From Candidatus Hydrogenedentota bacterium (lineage in GTDB: Bacteria; Hydrogenedentota; Hydrogenedentia; Hydrogenedentales; SLHB01): a stretch of 64,000 bases of DNA. The stretch covers positions 1,184,001 to 1,248,000 of the forward strand of contig CAXXTH010000010.1 in the NCBI GenBank assembly GCA_963668025.2, written 5' to 3'. Below, one piece after another: positions 42,688 to 53,215 of this stretch. Each line of letters starts with the position of its first letter. Within the stretch, counting starts at the first letter, position 1. The notes beneath the pieces were generated by a model. The model did not search any database. It saw only the letters and a list, made by a program, of their open reading frames with translations, and was not told the DNA's origin. The translations under genes and the position numbers were made by a program.

Positions 42688-44775
42688 ATGCGCAAGGTGA
42701 GAACGGTGCTGTATACCGCCGGACTGCTTGTGGCCGTAGGCGCAATCATTTTGTGCTTGGCCGTGCTCAATCGGGACTCTAGAGAGGCGGCGCCGCCTGA
42801 ACCTTCCGCGCCTCCTGCGACGATTCCACACGATTCAGATGAAGTCGGTCCTACCGAGAGCGTCAAGGGAGATACGCTGCCTTCTATCCGGGGAATAGTC
42901 GTTGACGACGCCACCGGCGCACCGGTGGCGGGCGCACAGGTCGCCGTATTTCGGGTTGCGCCTAATGCGCCATGCGAGACATTCACGGATGAAGACGGGC
43001 GGTTCGCCCTCGGCAACCTGTCGCCGGATGAGCCGTATCTGGTATCCGCGTCCGACTTGGCGTCTGGAACGACTGCACGCAACCCGATGGCGGTCACGCT
43101 GAAATTGGGAGAAGACAGGCGAGACGTGGAATTGCGTTTGGCCGGGGCCTGCGGCCTATCCGGTACGGTCCGCGTGCAACGCCCGGAAGGCAATATGCCG
43201 CTCCCTAACGCGGAAGTCACCGTGTCTACCGTCGCTGAACCTGGCGGGAAGCGTTTCCGGATTGCAGACGCGACCACGGATGAAGCGGGAACATACGAGC
43301 TTTCCCTTCTCCTCCCGGCCCAATATATGGCTCAATGTGTGGCCCCCGCGAACACCACTGAGGAGGGGCTCATGGTGCAGTCCGATATCATGCTCGAGAG
43401 CGCCAAAGCCCACCGGAATGTGGATTTCCTATTTCATGAAGGCAATGTAGTCTATGGCACGGTGACCGACCCGCAATACCGAGGCATTCCCGGCGCAATA
43501 GTAACGCTGCCATCCGGCCGTGGTTACAGCGTGACCGATGCACAGGGCCATTACCGTATGGCCGGAATGACGAGCGATGTGTACCAGATAATCGTCGATG
43601 CAGAGGGTTATACCATGGGGATTGCACGGTACGAAGGGTCGCCAGCGGATTTCACGCTGGCGCCCGAGGGCGTTGTGTCGGGGATTGTGGTGGACCAACA
43701 AGGCTCTCCGGTTCCCCAGGTTACACTGCGGCTGAAGCCGGTGCAACTAGCGACGGGGCCGGGGGATATGTCTCTGCTCTACGCTATAGGGAAATCCCAG
43801 GAGGATGGAACCTTCACCATCAAGAAGGCGCCTGAAGGTGAATTTGTTTTCTATATGGGCGAGGATGGGAAGCAGAGGGAAGAACTGGCGGACACCGTGA
43901 TTCGTGTGGCTCAAGGCAGCCATGTAAAGGGCGTCCGTGTGGTTCTGGCCGGGGGAGAGAAGGCGGCTATCAGCGGGATTGTGGTCAATGCCAAGGGCGA
44001 ACCGCTGCCGCATTCGTCCGTGTCGGCCACTGCTCAAGATGGCCAGGGCTTTCAGGGTTGTTGGACCGATGAAGAGGGGCGATTCGAGTTTAAACTGCTT
44101 CAGTACGGCACATATGATATCGCCGCGCAGAACCAAGATTTGGGATACGCGGGCGCGAGTATGGAGTGTGCGGCAGGCACGAAGGATCTTCGCTTGGTAT
44201 TGCCGGCGCTCGCCACCATTTCCGGCGTTGTATGGGACGAACTGGACGGCGGCGTGATCGAGGGAGCCGAATTACGCGTAGAGCATGTCGAACTGGCTAA
44301 CGGAAGGAAGACACAGCAAATCTCAGGTGATTGGAGCAAGACGGACAGTGAGGGCGCTTTCGTGCTCAGCTATGTGTATCCTGGAAAGATCTCGCTGCAG
44401 ATAACACACCCAGACTATATGCCCGCCCTTGTCGAGGTGACGGTTGGCGACGGAGAACAGTTGAAAGGATTGAGCGTCCCGATTTCTCGCGGATGTAGCA
44501 TGGAAGGATATGTTACAGTCACAGGACTACCAGACGGTATGGCTGTCCATAGTTCCAATATGTTATATAATAAAGCGACAGATATTAATTATGGTTTCAC
44601 GTGCGACGCCAATGGATGGTATACCGCCAGCAAACTGCCGTCCGGTCCCGTACGGGTTAAAGCAATGGTAGATATCGCGCCATCCGGCGAAAAGTTATTC
44701 TCGCCTATAGAGACGGTTGAGCTTAACACTCGAGCGGTAGTCCGGCACGATTTTGTGGTGCCGTACAGCAAGTAG
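42688..44775 (+). CDS. Membrane-anchored protein with carboxypeptidase regulatory-like (transthyretin-like) repeats
   Basis: N-terminal transmembrane helix; repeated I.G.VVD..G.PV.GA.V...TD..G.F modules. Confidence 0.8.
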   Translation: MRKVRTVLYTAGLLVAVGAIILCLAVLNRDSREAAPPEPSAPPATIPHDSDEVGPTESVKGDTLPSIRGIVVDDATGAPVAGAQVAVFRVAPNAPCETFTDEDGRFALGNLSPDEPYLVSASDLASGTTARNPMAVTLKLGEDRRDVELRLAGACGLSGTVRVQRPEGNMPLPNAEVTVSTVAEPGGKRFRIADATTDEAGTYELSLLLPAQYMAQCVAPANTTEEGLMVQSDIMLESAKAHRNVDFLFHEGNVVYGTVTDPQYRGIPGAIVTLPSGRGYSVTDAQGHYRMAGMTSDVYQIIVDAEGYTMGIARYEGSPADFTLAPEGVVSGIVVDQQGSPVPQVTLRLKPVQLATGPGDMSLLYAIGKSQEDGTFTIKKAPEGEFVFYMGEDGKQREELADTVIRVAQGSHVKGVRVVLAGGEKAAISGIVVNAKGEPLPHSSVSATAQDGQGFQGCWTDEEGRFEFKLLQYGTYDIAAQNQDLGYAGASMECAAGTKDLRLVLPALATISGVVWDELDGGVIEGAELRVEHVELANGRKTQQISGDWSKTDSEGAFVLSYVYPGKISLQITHPDYMPALVEVTVGDGEQLKGLSVPISRGCSMEGYVTVTGLPDGMAVHSSNMLYNKATDINYGFTCDANGWYTASKLPSGPVRVKAMVDIAPSGEKLFSPIETVELNTRAVVRHDFVVPYSK

Positions 44776-44787
44776 GAGAAATACTCC

Positions 44788-44816
44788 GAGCGTGGCGTCG
44801 ACACCGCGCGCTCCAC
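44788..44816 (-). repeat. GTGG-tagged REP-like palindrome
   Basis: Minus strand reads GTGGAGCGCGCGGTGTCGACGCCACGCTC. Confidence 0.45.
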
Positions 44817-45050
44817 GTAGCCTGTTGTACGAGGCGGCAGTCTCGCGGCGTGGGCAGAGGCAAGTGAACGCTTCCCCAAAATCCCGCCTTCTTGTTGTCG
44901 CAGCTTCTGTAGGTAGTATACTACTATATGGGAAAACGGTGTTTTTTTGCGAAGATACTACGTAAAACTCAAACCATATCCAATCGTTCCGAGATATGCT
45001 TTTTTATGTGCCGTTGTATGGGCGCGTTGTATGCGCCTTCTCCTTTCTCA

Positions 45051-45077
45051 CATGGGCGGGACGCCCATGCTACGGGA
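45051..45077 (-). repeat. GTAG-tagged REP-like palindrome
   Basis: Minus strand reads TCCCGTAGCATGGGCGTCCCGCCCATG; 24/27 identical to 15024-15050. Confidence 0.65.
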
Positions 45078-45103
45078 GTCGTAAAGACATTTTAAAAAGA
45101 TCT

Positions 45104-45132
45104 ATTCGAGTTCATTCGCGTTCATTCGTGGT
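45104..45132 (-). repeat. Triple-unit repeat arm (CACGAAT/CGCGAAT units)
   Basis: ATTCGAGTTCATTCGCGTTCATTCGTGGT, 10-nt period. Confidence 0.55.
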
Positions 45133-45175
45133 AAAAAACTTTGTTGTGGCTACGCTGCGTTAAGTGCATGATCAG

Positions 45176-45216
45176 CAAAAATAACAGGCGGCGTCCGAAC
45201 ATCTGGAGCCGCCTGT
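45176..45216 (-). terminator. Intrinsic terminator of the GH106 gene
   Basis: Minus strand reads ACAGGCGGC...GCCGCCTGT followed by TATTTTT. Confidence 0.65.
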
Positions 45217-46088
45217 CGTATTTATATAAAGTGGTATTAATCTGGTATTTCGAGCGGTATAACCAGTCCCGGAACCAGCCTGACGGGACCGAGCAAGCCT
45301 GATTCCAGCAGCTTGTCCTCCTTGGTCCAGTGATGCCATGTGGTGAAGGTCAGCCTGCCGGTGGGACTGGGTTTGCCTTCGAGGAGCCATTGCGGCCAGC
45401 CTTTGAGTTGTTTGCCGTCCCATTCGCGATCATCCGGCAACTGCTCATCTCCAATGAGGCGATTGGGCCATAAGTTGGTGATGCGGACTTCAAGCGAGTT
45501 CTTTCCTGGTTTGGCGAACTTGGTGATGTCCGCGCGGAATGGCGGTTTCCACCAGATGCCTAGGTCTTGGCCGTTTAATTTCACTTCCGCGATGTTCTTC
45601 ACGCGGCTCAGATCGAGTGCGAGCAATTTGCCTTCTCCCAACAAAGCAGCCGGTATATCGATCTCCTTGATGTATATTGCCGTACCAGAGAAGTACTTCA
45701 CGCCGCTCTCGGGATGTTCCGTCCATGAGATCAGGTTGTCAAGGGTGATTTGTTCGGGAGTGCCCCACCCTTTCGGGAAATTGACTGTCCATGGCCCGGT
45801 GATTTCAACTGGTTTTTCGAGTGCTGGCGCTTCTGTGGAGAAGTGCTTCCCCAAGGCCGTCGTAAGGTCGAATTTACCGGCCTCCCAGGCCTTCAACGAA
45901 ACTGCGCCAGTATCGGCAACCATCAGATTATATGTCGGAGGAATCACCTGCATGTCATTTACTGGAATCTCGATGGTATCCCCTTCTTCTACCGCCATCA
46001 CCTGAGGTTTACCATTATATACATACTCGACCTTTAATTGCTTGACATGCATGCTGGCTGGATCGCCGCCCGCCAGCGTGTTGCCAAC

Positions 46089-47458
46089 GGGTGCTCCCTC
46101 AATATGATAACCTCAATTGACCCCGTGGCGGGCCACGTGTTGCCAGAACTGGTCCCAACGGCCCTCGGTCATCTCCAGCGACCTGAGCGCGATCACCGCG
46201 CTCGCGCCCGCTTCCTTCCACCGCATCCCGGAGCATGCCAGGCGTTGCTTGATCAGCGTCTTGCACGCCGCCTCCGTCACTCCGCTGCCGATGGGAAGGC
46301 GCTCCGCCGTGTGCCGCCAGTATTGCATCTTCGAGCGGTGATTGCCGAAGTAGGTGATCGCCTTGCCGAGTTCCTCGCGGCAAGCCTGGGCGCGCACGCT
46401 TGGCAAGCTCGCCTTCATCTCCTCCAGCAAGCGTCCGGCTGCGCCCCTCGTGTGCTTCAGCCGGTGACTCCAGTCCGCCTCCCACTCCCGGCGGCGCGCG
46501 CCATGACCGTGAATCGCCTCCGCCGCCTTCCCCACGTATTCCCGCGCGTGATAGAAATCCAGCATCTGCCGGTCCGTGCGCGGCGTCAAAAACTTCCAGT
46601 TGTCCGGCGCGCCGTCGGCCAGGCCGATATACAGCGCCGCCGGGTGCCTCGCCCTCACGCGCTCCACCTCGCGGCCGAAGCGCTCGAGGAAAGTCTGCTT
46701 GCCGTACTCGGGCGATGCGCCCGCGTAGATCGTGTGCAGCCGCTCCCCGTCCTTGTCGTACAGGCTGATGGACCCGCACATCGCCTGACGCCAGCCGTCC
46801 TCCCTGAGCAGCATGCAGGTGCCGTCCAGGCCCACGGCCACCGACGCGACCGGCCTGTCCAATTCCGGCAGCTCGTACTCCCACGTCTCCTCCCTGGCCT
46901 GCGCCAGGGCGCCCACAAAATCGCCGATCTTCTTCACATAGTCGCGCGAGATTGCGCGGCCTGTCGACTCGAGCAGGTCGCGGCGCATGACATCGGCGCC
47001 CATGCGGGAGTATTTGCCGCTGACGATCCGGGCGTAGCGCGGCGTGGCGTTCATGACCATTCGCGCGTCCCGCTCCAGCGGGCAGAAGGTGCGCCCGCCC
47101 GTGGCGGTGTTCTGGTAGACGTGCCGCTCGACGCGGACCGGGCCGTGGGGCGTCTCGTAGGTCTGGCCGAAGCGCCCCTTGGTTTTGAAGGTGGTGGCGC
47201 CGACGCGGATGGGCGAGCCGTCTGTGTCGAAACGGGCCAGGGCCTCGGCCATGACTGCGCGCCCCACCCCGTTCAGGGCCTCCTGGACCGCCTCCTCCAT
47301 ATCGAGCATCGAACCACGCAGCCTCAGCGAGAAACTCACCTCGAACGTGTCGCCGTCGCGCCTTGTCACCATCGCTGCCATCGGTCTTCCTCCGTTAAGG
47401 GTCCGGCATACTTATCGACCCGACACGAGGATTTCTTTAGCATTCTGCGGGAACACCC
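46089..47458 (-). mobile_element. ISKra4-family insertion sequence, 1370 bp, with 8-bp TSD
   Basis: Imperfect TIRs GGGTGCTCCCTCAATATGATAA and GGGTGTTCCCGCAGAATGCTAA (17/22); TSD TTGCCAAC at 46081-46088 and 47459-47466. Confidence 0.9.
46113..47381 (-). CDS. ISKra4-family DDE transposase
   Basis: GLDGT, ADGA..NW, LDFYHA, PIGSGVTEAACK..IKQRL..SGMRW. Confidence 0.88.
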   Translation of the reverse strand: MAAMVTRRDGDTFEVSFSLRLRGSMLDMEEAVQEALNGVGRAVMAEALARFDTDGSPIRVGATTFKTKGRFGQTYETPHGPVRVERHVYQNTATGGRTFCPLERDARMVMNATPRYARIVSGKYSRMGADVMRRDLLESTGRAISRDYVKKIGDFVGALAQAREETWEYELPELDRPVASVAVGLDGTCMLLREDGWRQAMCGSISLYDKDGERLHTIYAGASPEYGKQTFLERFGREVERVRARHPAALYIGLADGAPDNWKFLTPRTDRQMLDFYHAREYVGKAAEAIHGHGARRREWEADWSHRLKHTRGAAGRLLEEMKASLPSVRAQACREELGKAITYFGNHRSKMQYWRHTAERLPIGSGVTEAACKTLIKQRLACSGMRWKEAGASAVIALRSLEMTEGRWDQFWQHVARHGVN

Positions 47459-50012
47459 TTGCCAACTTTGGCAACCAGCGCGCCGTCGCGCACATGGCCC
47501 GCAATGATGGAGGTAACATCAGCGGAACCAGCGCCATCAATGGCTTCATACACTGCGCGGGTGATCTCCAGTTTGTTTGCCGGGGTTTGAGCCGCCTCTG
47601 TTGTTGTATGGGCGGCATGGATAATATGATCTTCTCCGTTTGTTTTCTTGCGGAATACGACAAAGGCGGAACCTGCTGGATCAAAATGCAACGGCACGGT
47701 GATGCGGCCATCTTGTTCCGCATACACGGGGGCCTTCTCCATTACGCCGGTATCGGCATGCCACAGCTCTGGTGCCTTTCCAGACACACGGAATGTGCAG
47801 TCTACGTCATCGCTCTGCATCTTTTGATTGGAAACGAAATAGATATCCGCGCCATCGGCAATGCGGTGGATGTAGGCGAGTTTGGTGTCATTCTGGTCAT
47901 TGGCGTATTCAAAATCGGGCTTGAGCTCCATCGTGGCAAACACTTCTTCCAGCGGTTTTCCCCAGACGATCTTGCCTTTGTCTACTTCATTCTCTTTTAC
48001 CGTGTCGCCATCGCACGCGCCCCACAGCGCACTCGCATCGGCCTTGATGTCTTCATCACACTTGGGCCAATCCTGAAGGCTGGGCGATTTTTCCGGTTTC
48101 GGGCCGATTACCGTCGCTCCGGATTCCACCAGCGACTTGATCTTCTTCAGCACCGGCGGCGTCATTGTCTTGTTTTCCGGCAGGATTAACACGGCATATT
48201 GCATGCCGCCATCCAGTATGATCCGGCCATCTTTGACGCTCATGTGGTGGAGAATCACATCAGCGTTGCACTCATCGTAGTCATATCCCTTCGGCAACGC
48301 AGGTTTTAGATCCTCCAGGAATGTGTACGGGGCGTCTTCCCCATAATAATAGAGGGCATCAGCGGCGAACCGGCCGGATTGCAGCATAAACTGGCTCCGG
48401 GCGATGTATTGGAGCCAGGCGCGCCCTTGATTCCACCAGGTATTGGTGCGGTCAAAATGAAAGCCCCATTGCCCCATGGTCATTCCGGGATAGCGGTCCA
48501 GCCACGGCTGCATGGCGTAGCGGTGGAAGATATAGCGGTTCAATCCCGTACACCACATTAAGTCGCCCAGGCGTTTGAAGGAATACGGGTCATTCTGCCA
48601 GCGTCCTTCAGATGGGCCAGCGGTGAACGATTCCGCGCCCACGAGGTTCTGTCCATATACATGCGCGATGGAGGCCGCCAGTTTGACCGAAACATGCCCA
48701 TTAGTGCCCGTCCAGAATTCCCCCATGACCACGTCGGCTGGTGCGCCGCACTGGATGGATTCAAACGGCCCGTCATACGGCTCGATGGACATCTTCAGGC
48801 CTTTTTCATGGGCCAATTCCGTAAAAAATCCGTAGTAATTGTCCGCATACAGATCCGCGATGGTGCGGCGCAGATCCCATAAGAAACGCTCCGTGGCTTC
48901 CGGACTCTCCACGACATGCCCCGCAAATGTGGGCATAAATGTGAACAGGTCATAGCCGCGCCGTTTTTGGAACTCTTCGCGGAAAGCCGGAGTCCAGTTC
49001 TGAGGCCCCACCTCGTAACTATCGATCAGCACATTATCCACCGATGTGCCCGCCAGCGGGCCGATGTCATCCAGCACGGGCTTCATCATGCCATCCCAAT
49101 GCGCTTGGGCCGCTTCCCGGCTCATTTTGTCGCATTCGGGTCCAGTGCCCTCCTCGGGAGCGGGATGGTTCGTCTTTCCGGATGGTGTATGGCCGATACG
49201 TAGAATGGTCCACTCGCCTTCGGGCGCGTCCCACTCGAGCCGGCCATCGGATTGCAGCCTTGCCGTAAGGTCTATAATTCCTCCGCGATCAACTACTTGA
49301 TCCGCTGGCACTGCGGGATTATCTCCCACGGTGAGTAGCTGGCGATCATACCCCGCTTTGCCTTTCAGATTATCAATCTGCATACCGCCGTTAGCCGGTG
49401 TTTTGAAAGCCAGCACGGCGATATCCCGATAAAATCCCAAGTGCGTCTCCGGCTGAGGCAGCACTGCTGAAAAATGCTCCGGGCCTTTTGCTTGGATTTC
49501 CGTCGTGACCACCAACTGCATGGCATGTTCAGGGGTGTTCCAGGGGCCGCCGCTGCTGGACCATCCGGGGCAGTTATGGATGCACAGCTTGATGCCGAGT
49601 CGGTCCGCCTCGATGGCCGCATGCTTAATCATTTCCCGCCACTCGGGGCTCATCACCTTCACGGGGCCCGCGGGAATTTCGCAGTCCACATTGAAGATCT
49701 GCGCTTCACCCACGCCCACGCGCTGCATGGCCTCCAGGTCGGCGGTGATGCCTTCCTTGGTGATATTGCCATTCATCCAGTGCCACCAGGTACTAGGTTT
49801 AGCCGAAGCGGGCGGCGAAGCGAATCCCTCTTCCAGCGTATCCGCTACAATGGCCTGCTGGGGCAGTAAAAATGCACACAATAAGAGCGCGGAAATAACC
49901 GATATACGCCTCATCATGCTTCCCCTTATTTTGTTCAAGAACTTGGGATGAGCAAGCTCTTCGCCAAATTAACATCAATGGCATGAATCTAAGCACTGGC
50001 CTGTATATATTC

Positions 50013-50041
50013 CTTATACTCCCATGCTGGGCAGCCGTCAA
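50013..50041 (-). promoter_or_regulatory. Sigma-70 promoter of the GH106 gene
   Basis: Minus strand reads TTGACG-17 nt-TATAAG. Confidence 0.5.
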
Positions 50042-50074
50042 GAATAGTCTGAGTTTTCCAAAGGTTGTTTTCAT

Positions 50075-50166
50075 TCATCACGGGAACACGGAGAAACGCA
50101 TACCGCATCTCTCTGTGGTGAATTGATCCGGATCTTTCACCACAGAGGCACAGAGGACCACAGAGA
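50075..50166. repeat. CACAGAG-type repeat arms (short degenerate pair plus one full unpaired arm)
   Basis: TCTCTCTGTGGTGAA (50108-50122), then CGGATCTTTCACCACAGAGGCACAGAGGACCACAGAGA, nearly identical to 42405-42443. Confidence 0.8.
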
Positions 50167-50300
50167 GTAAATCGGATTAATTATAAGTTAATAGTATTAT
50201 ATTTGTCATTACATTCTGCTATTTCCTCAAGCTTTAACACGGGACCACGTTCGCGCTACCATCGGCTTCTGCATGGCTGAACCAAACAGGAGGCAAGTAT

Positions 50301-51665
50301 ATGGCGAATGATAGGGTGTTGCGGGTGGCTATCGTGGGCAGCGGCCCGAGTGGATTTTACGCGGCGGAGGCGTTGTTCAAGGCGGATGCGCGTACGCGGG
50401 TGGATATGTTCGAGCGCCTGCCCACTCCTTATGGGCTTGTGCGCGGCGGTGTCGCGCCGGATCATCCGAAAATCAAGAGCGTCACACGGGTATTCGACCG
50501 CATCGCCGCCCATGAAAACTTTGCTTTCTTGGGGAATGTCACTGTGGGCCGCGACATCTCTGTTGAAGAGCTAATCCGGCATTATGACGCCATCATATTT
50601 GCATGCGGCGCGGAGGCGGACCGCCGGCTAGGCATTCCCGGCGAAGACTTGCCTGGCAGCCACACGGCCACCGAGTTTGTCGCTTGGTATAACGGCCATC
50701 CGGATTACCGCAACCGCATGTTCGATTTATCTGCTGAAACGGCCATTGTGGTGGGACAAGGCAATGTGGCCATGGATGTCTGCCGCATATTAGCGAAGAC
50801 ACCCGATGAACTGCGTCATACGGATATGGCCGCCCATGCCTTCGAGTTTTTGGCGGAAAGCCGTGTGCGGGAGATCATCCTTGTGGGGCGTCGAGGTCCG
50901 GTGCAGGCAAAATTTACAACGCCCGAGATCCGTGAAATGGGCGCTTTAGCGGATTGCGCGCCCATGGTGGACCCAGCGGAGCTGGCGCTCGATGAAATGA
51001 GCCGTGCGGAACTAGAGGATCCTTCCAACAAACATAGTCCGAAGAACATGGCCGTGCTCGATGAATTTGCCGCCCGAGCGCTTGGCGGCTCATCTAGATG
51101 CTTCCGGATCCGCTTCTTACTTAGCCCCACCGAATTGAAGGGCGGGGAACGCGTCGAATCGGTCCTCTTCGAGCGCAACAGGCTCGAAGGCCAGCCGTTC
51201 GCGTTATCGAGCCGGGGAATGGGAGTTTTCGAGGAAATACCCTGCGGCTTGTTCTTTCGTAGTGTGGGATATCGCGGCGTGCCTATTCCCGGAGTGCCGT
51301 TCGATGAACGGCGCGGGGTGTTTCCCAATCGCAACGGGCGTATTTTGGGCAACGGCGGGCCCGTTCCGCGTCTCTATGCTACGGGGTGGATCAAGCGCGG
51401 CCCTTCCGGGATTATTGGCACGAACAAACCCGATAGCGTGGAGACCGTCGAGGCTTTGCGGGCCGATATGGCGGAGACACCACCTTGTGAAGCGCCTGAT
51501 ACTTCTTTGGTTCACGAATTGCTCGCGTCGCGCGGCGTACGGGTGGTGTCCTTTGCGGATTGGCAAAAAATCGCCACTGCGGAAATAGCGCGTGGGGCTA
51601 AGGCGGAAAAGCCGCTCGAGAAATTCGTATCCGTTGAAGAAATGCTGTCCGTGCTGGATACATAG
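50301..51665 (+). CDS. Ferredoxin-NADP+ reductase (adrenodoxin reductase/FprA type)
   Basis: [41 protein letters not shown]. Confidence 0.9.
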   Translation: MANDRVLRVAIVGSGPSGFYAAEALFKADARTRVDMFERLPTPYGLVRGGVAPDHPKIKSVTRVFDRIAAHENFAFLGNVTVGRDISVEELIRHYDAIIFACGAEADRRLGIPGEDLPGSHTATEFVAWYNGHPDYRNRMFDLSAETAIVVGQGNVAMDVCRILAKTPDELRHTDMAAHAFEFLAESRVREIILVGRRGPVQAKFTTPEIREMGALADCAPMVDPAELALDEMSRAELEDPSNKHSPKNMAVLDEFAARALGGSSRCFRIRFLLSPTELKGGERVESVLFERNRLEGQPFALSSRGMGVFEEIPCGLFFRSVGYRGVPIPGVPFDERRGVFPNRNGRILGNGGPVPRLYATGWIKRGPSGIIGTNKPDSVETVEALRADMAETPPCEAPDTSLVHELLASRGVRVVSFADWQKIATAEIARGAKAEKPLEKFVSVEEMLSVLDT

Positions 51666-51691
51666 GCCTCTGCTCGTGTGCGAACCACGAG

Positions 51692-51760
51692 AACGTCGTT
51701 CCCGTGAAAGGGGGAATCAGAGAAAAAGCCTTGGACTTCCGTTTTCGCCGGGATGACGTT
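51692..51760. repeat. CGTC-tagged REP-like palindrome
   Basis: CGTCGTTCCCGTGAAAGGGGGAATC...GACTTCCGTTTTCGCCGGGATGACG; degenerate relative at 52918-52980. Confidence 0.65.
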
Positions 51761-52119
51761 GCGCTAGTGTATTGGCACGATTGACAACCGCTCGCCATAA
51801 AAAGGGCCAAAGAAAACCTTGTGCCTTATCCGGCCATGATCTACCCTCGGCCATGATCAATCCTCTTGCTTTTTGCGAACGAATACTGTATATATTTTTA
51901 GTGCCAGGGAAGCCGTGGCAAGATATTTTGCAGCAAAATAGAGGCATAAAGGAAAAAGCGGGGAGGGCCGCGCTCCGTCGCGGTTGTGTACAGACATATG
52001 AACCCGGGATGCGCCCCGTTCTTCCTAATATCATATGGCCATCTACGAAATGGTGGGGCAAGCGCCGCCCTGCAGCTCGTGTTTTTGAGGTCTGAGCGAA
52101 TTTCGGAGACGAAACACCG

Positions 52120-52884
52120 ATGGACGCGCTTTGGTCGATTGCCGGAGGGGTAGTTTTATTCCTTTTTATTCGGTGGGTTATCGATGTTTACCGGCATCGG
52201 GACCCGCTTGATGAGTTCGAGATTTTGAGATTATCTCGGAAGCGGCAACGCAGCCGAGCCTTTGCCAAGTATGATTTCTCCACGGAATCCCAGGTTGCAG
52301 ATCCGGCCGAGAAGAAAGCAATGAAAAGCCAGGGAGAATTCATGCGGTGTGACCTAGATTACCGAAGTGCGCCAGCCCGTATCGCCGGCCTTCTGAAATA
52401 CAAGAAACATGAATGGGTCGTGTTTGGATTCATCCGGGATCACCGAGTAGTACAACTCTGGTGGAATAAGGGACCAGATGGAACCTGTGTTCGCTCATTC
52501 CTGCGTGACCACCAGCTACGAGGCGCCATATGGATTATCCGACCAGACTGTATCGCTATTTTCCACAATCACCCGAACTCCAATCCCTCAGTTTATCGGA
52601 CGAATGCTCCAAGCAAAACCGATCTGCGATCCGCTGGACTCTATGATGGAGAGTTTTCTCAAATAGGCGTGACTCTTCTCGAATTCATCTGTGAGCGTGG
52701 CATTCCTCATATTTACTATGCAAGTTTCAGAGATGATGTTGCTCCAATCCAACCAATCATAGAAGAGATTCGGAAGGTGAATGGAACCGGAATCTTTAAG
52801 AACTACTCATTGCGAAAGGAACTAAAACAGACAACGGGAGCGGATCGAATTCCTGGAAGCGTTAGTGCAAACGTTACACTGTAG
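52120..52884 (+). CDS. Membrane-anchored hypothetical protein with a JAB/MPN+-like metal motif
   Basis: N-terminal transmembrane helix; HEW...FHNHPN...PSKTD (E...HxH...SxxD). Confidence 0.6.
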   Translation: MDALWSIAGGVVLFLFIRWVIDVYRHRDPLDEFEILRLSRKRQRSRAFAKYDFSTESQVADPAEKKAMKSQGEFMRCDLDYRSAPARIAGLLKYKKHEWVVFGFIRDHRVVQLWWNKGPDGTCVRSFLRDHQLRGAIWIIRPDCIAIFHNHPNSNPSVYRTNAPSKTDLRSAGLYDGEFSQIGVTLLEFICERGIPHIYYASFRDDVAPIQPIIEEIRKVNGTGIFKNYSLRKELKQTTGADRIPGSVSANVTL

Positions 52885-53215
52885 CTATATATAGCTACCT
52901 GACAAACTCTGCTTAATCGCTATCCTTGCGATAGTGGGGATCCAAGGAAAACGCCGAGGACTCCCGATTTTACAAGAATGTATTTGTGATAGTGTATTGG
53001 TATTAATGAGAATTGCTCGCTATACAAAAGCGCGGGAGACGCAAGCGAGAACCTTATGTCTCTAACGCCTCTTGTGCCATGATGAAGCCTGATGAAGCCT
53101 CTTGCTTTTTACGGGAAAATACTGTATATTTTTTTAGGTGCGCATAAATCGGGTAAAATGGTATTTTCTTTCGAAGGTGTGTTGGTCTAACCAAAAAAAA
53201 GAGGGGAGTTTGAGT

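Larger units (their letters stand above)
45237..49917 (-). pseudogene. Secreted GH106-type glycoside hydrolase (alpha-L-rhamnosidase-like) disrupted by an IS
   Basis: WWHWMNGNIT, GWSSSGGPW, IDSYE, AESFT, NLWPNRLIGD. Removing the IS and one TSD copy restores an open frame (VAKVGNTLAGGDPAS) of about 1100 aa. Confidence 0.88.

Noticed and set aside
46038-48189. Long plus-strand ORFs 46038-47507 and 47179-48189
   Set aside because: They are antisense shadows of the GC-rich transposase and GH106 genes and have no recognisable motifs.
51771-51790. Second sigma-54 promoter (TTGGCACGATTGACAA)
   Set aside because: It has the -24 element but lacks the -12 TTGC at the required spacing.
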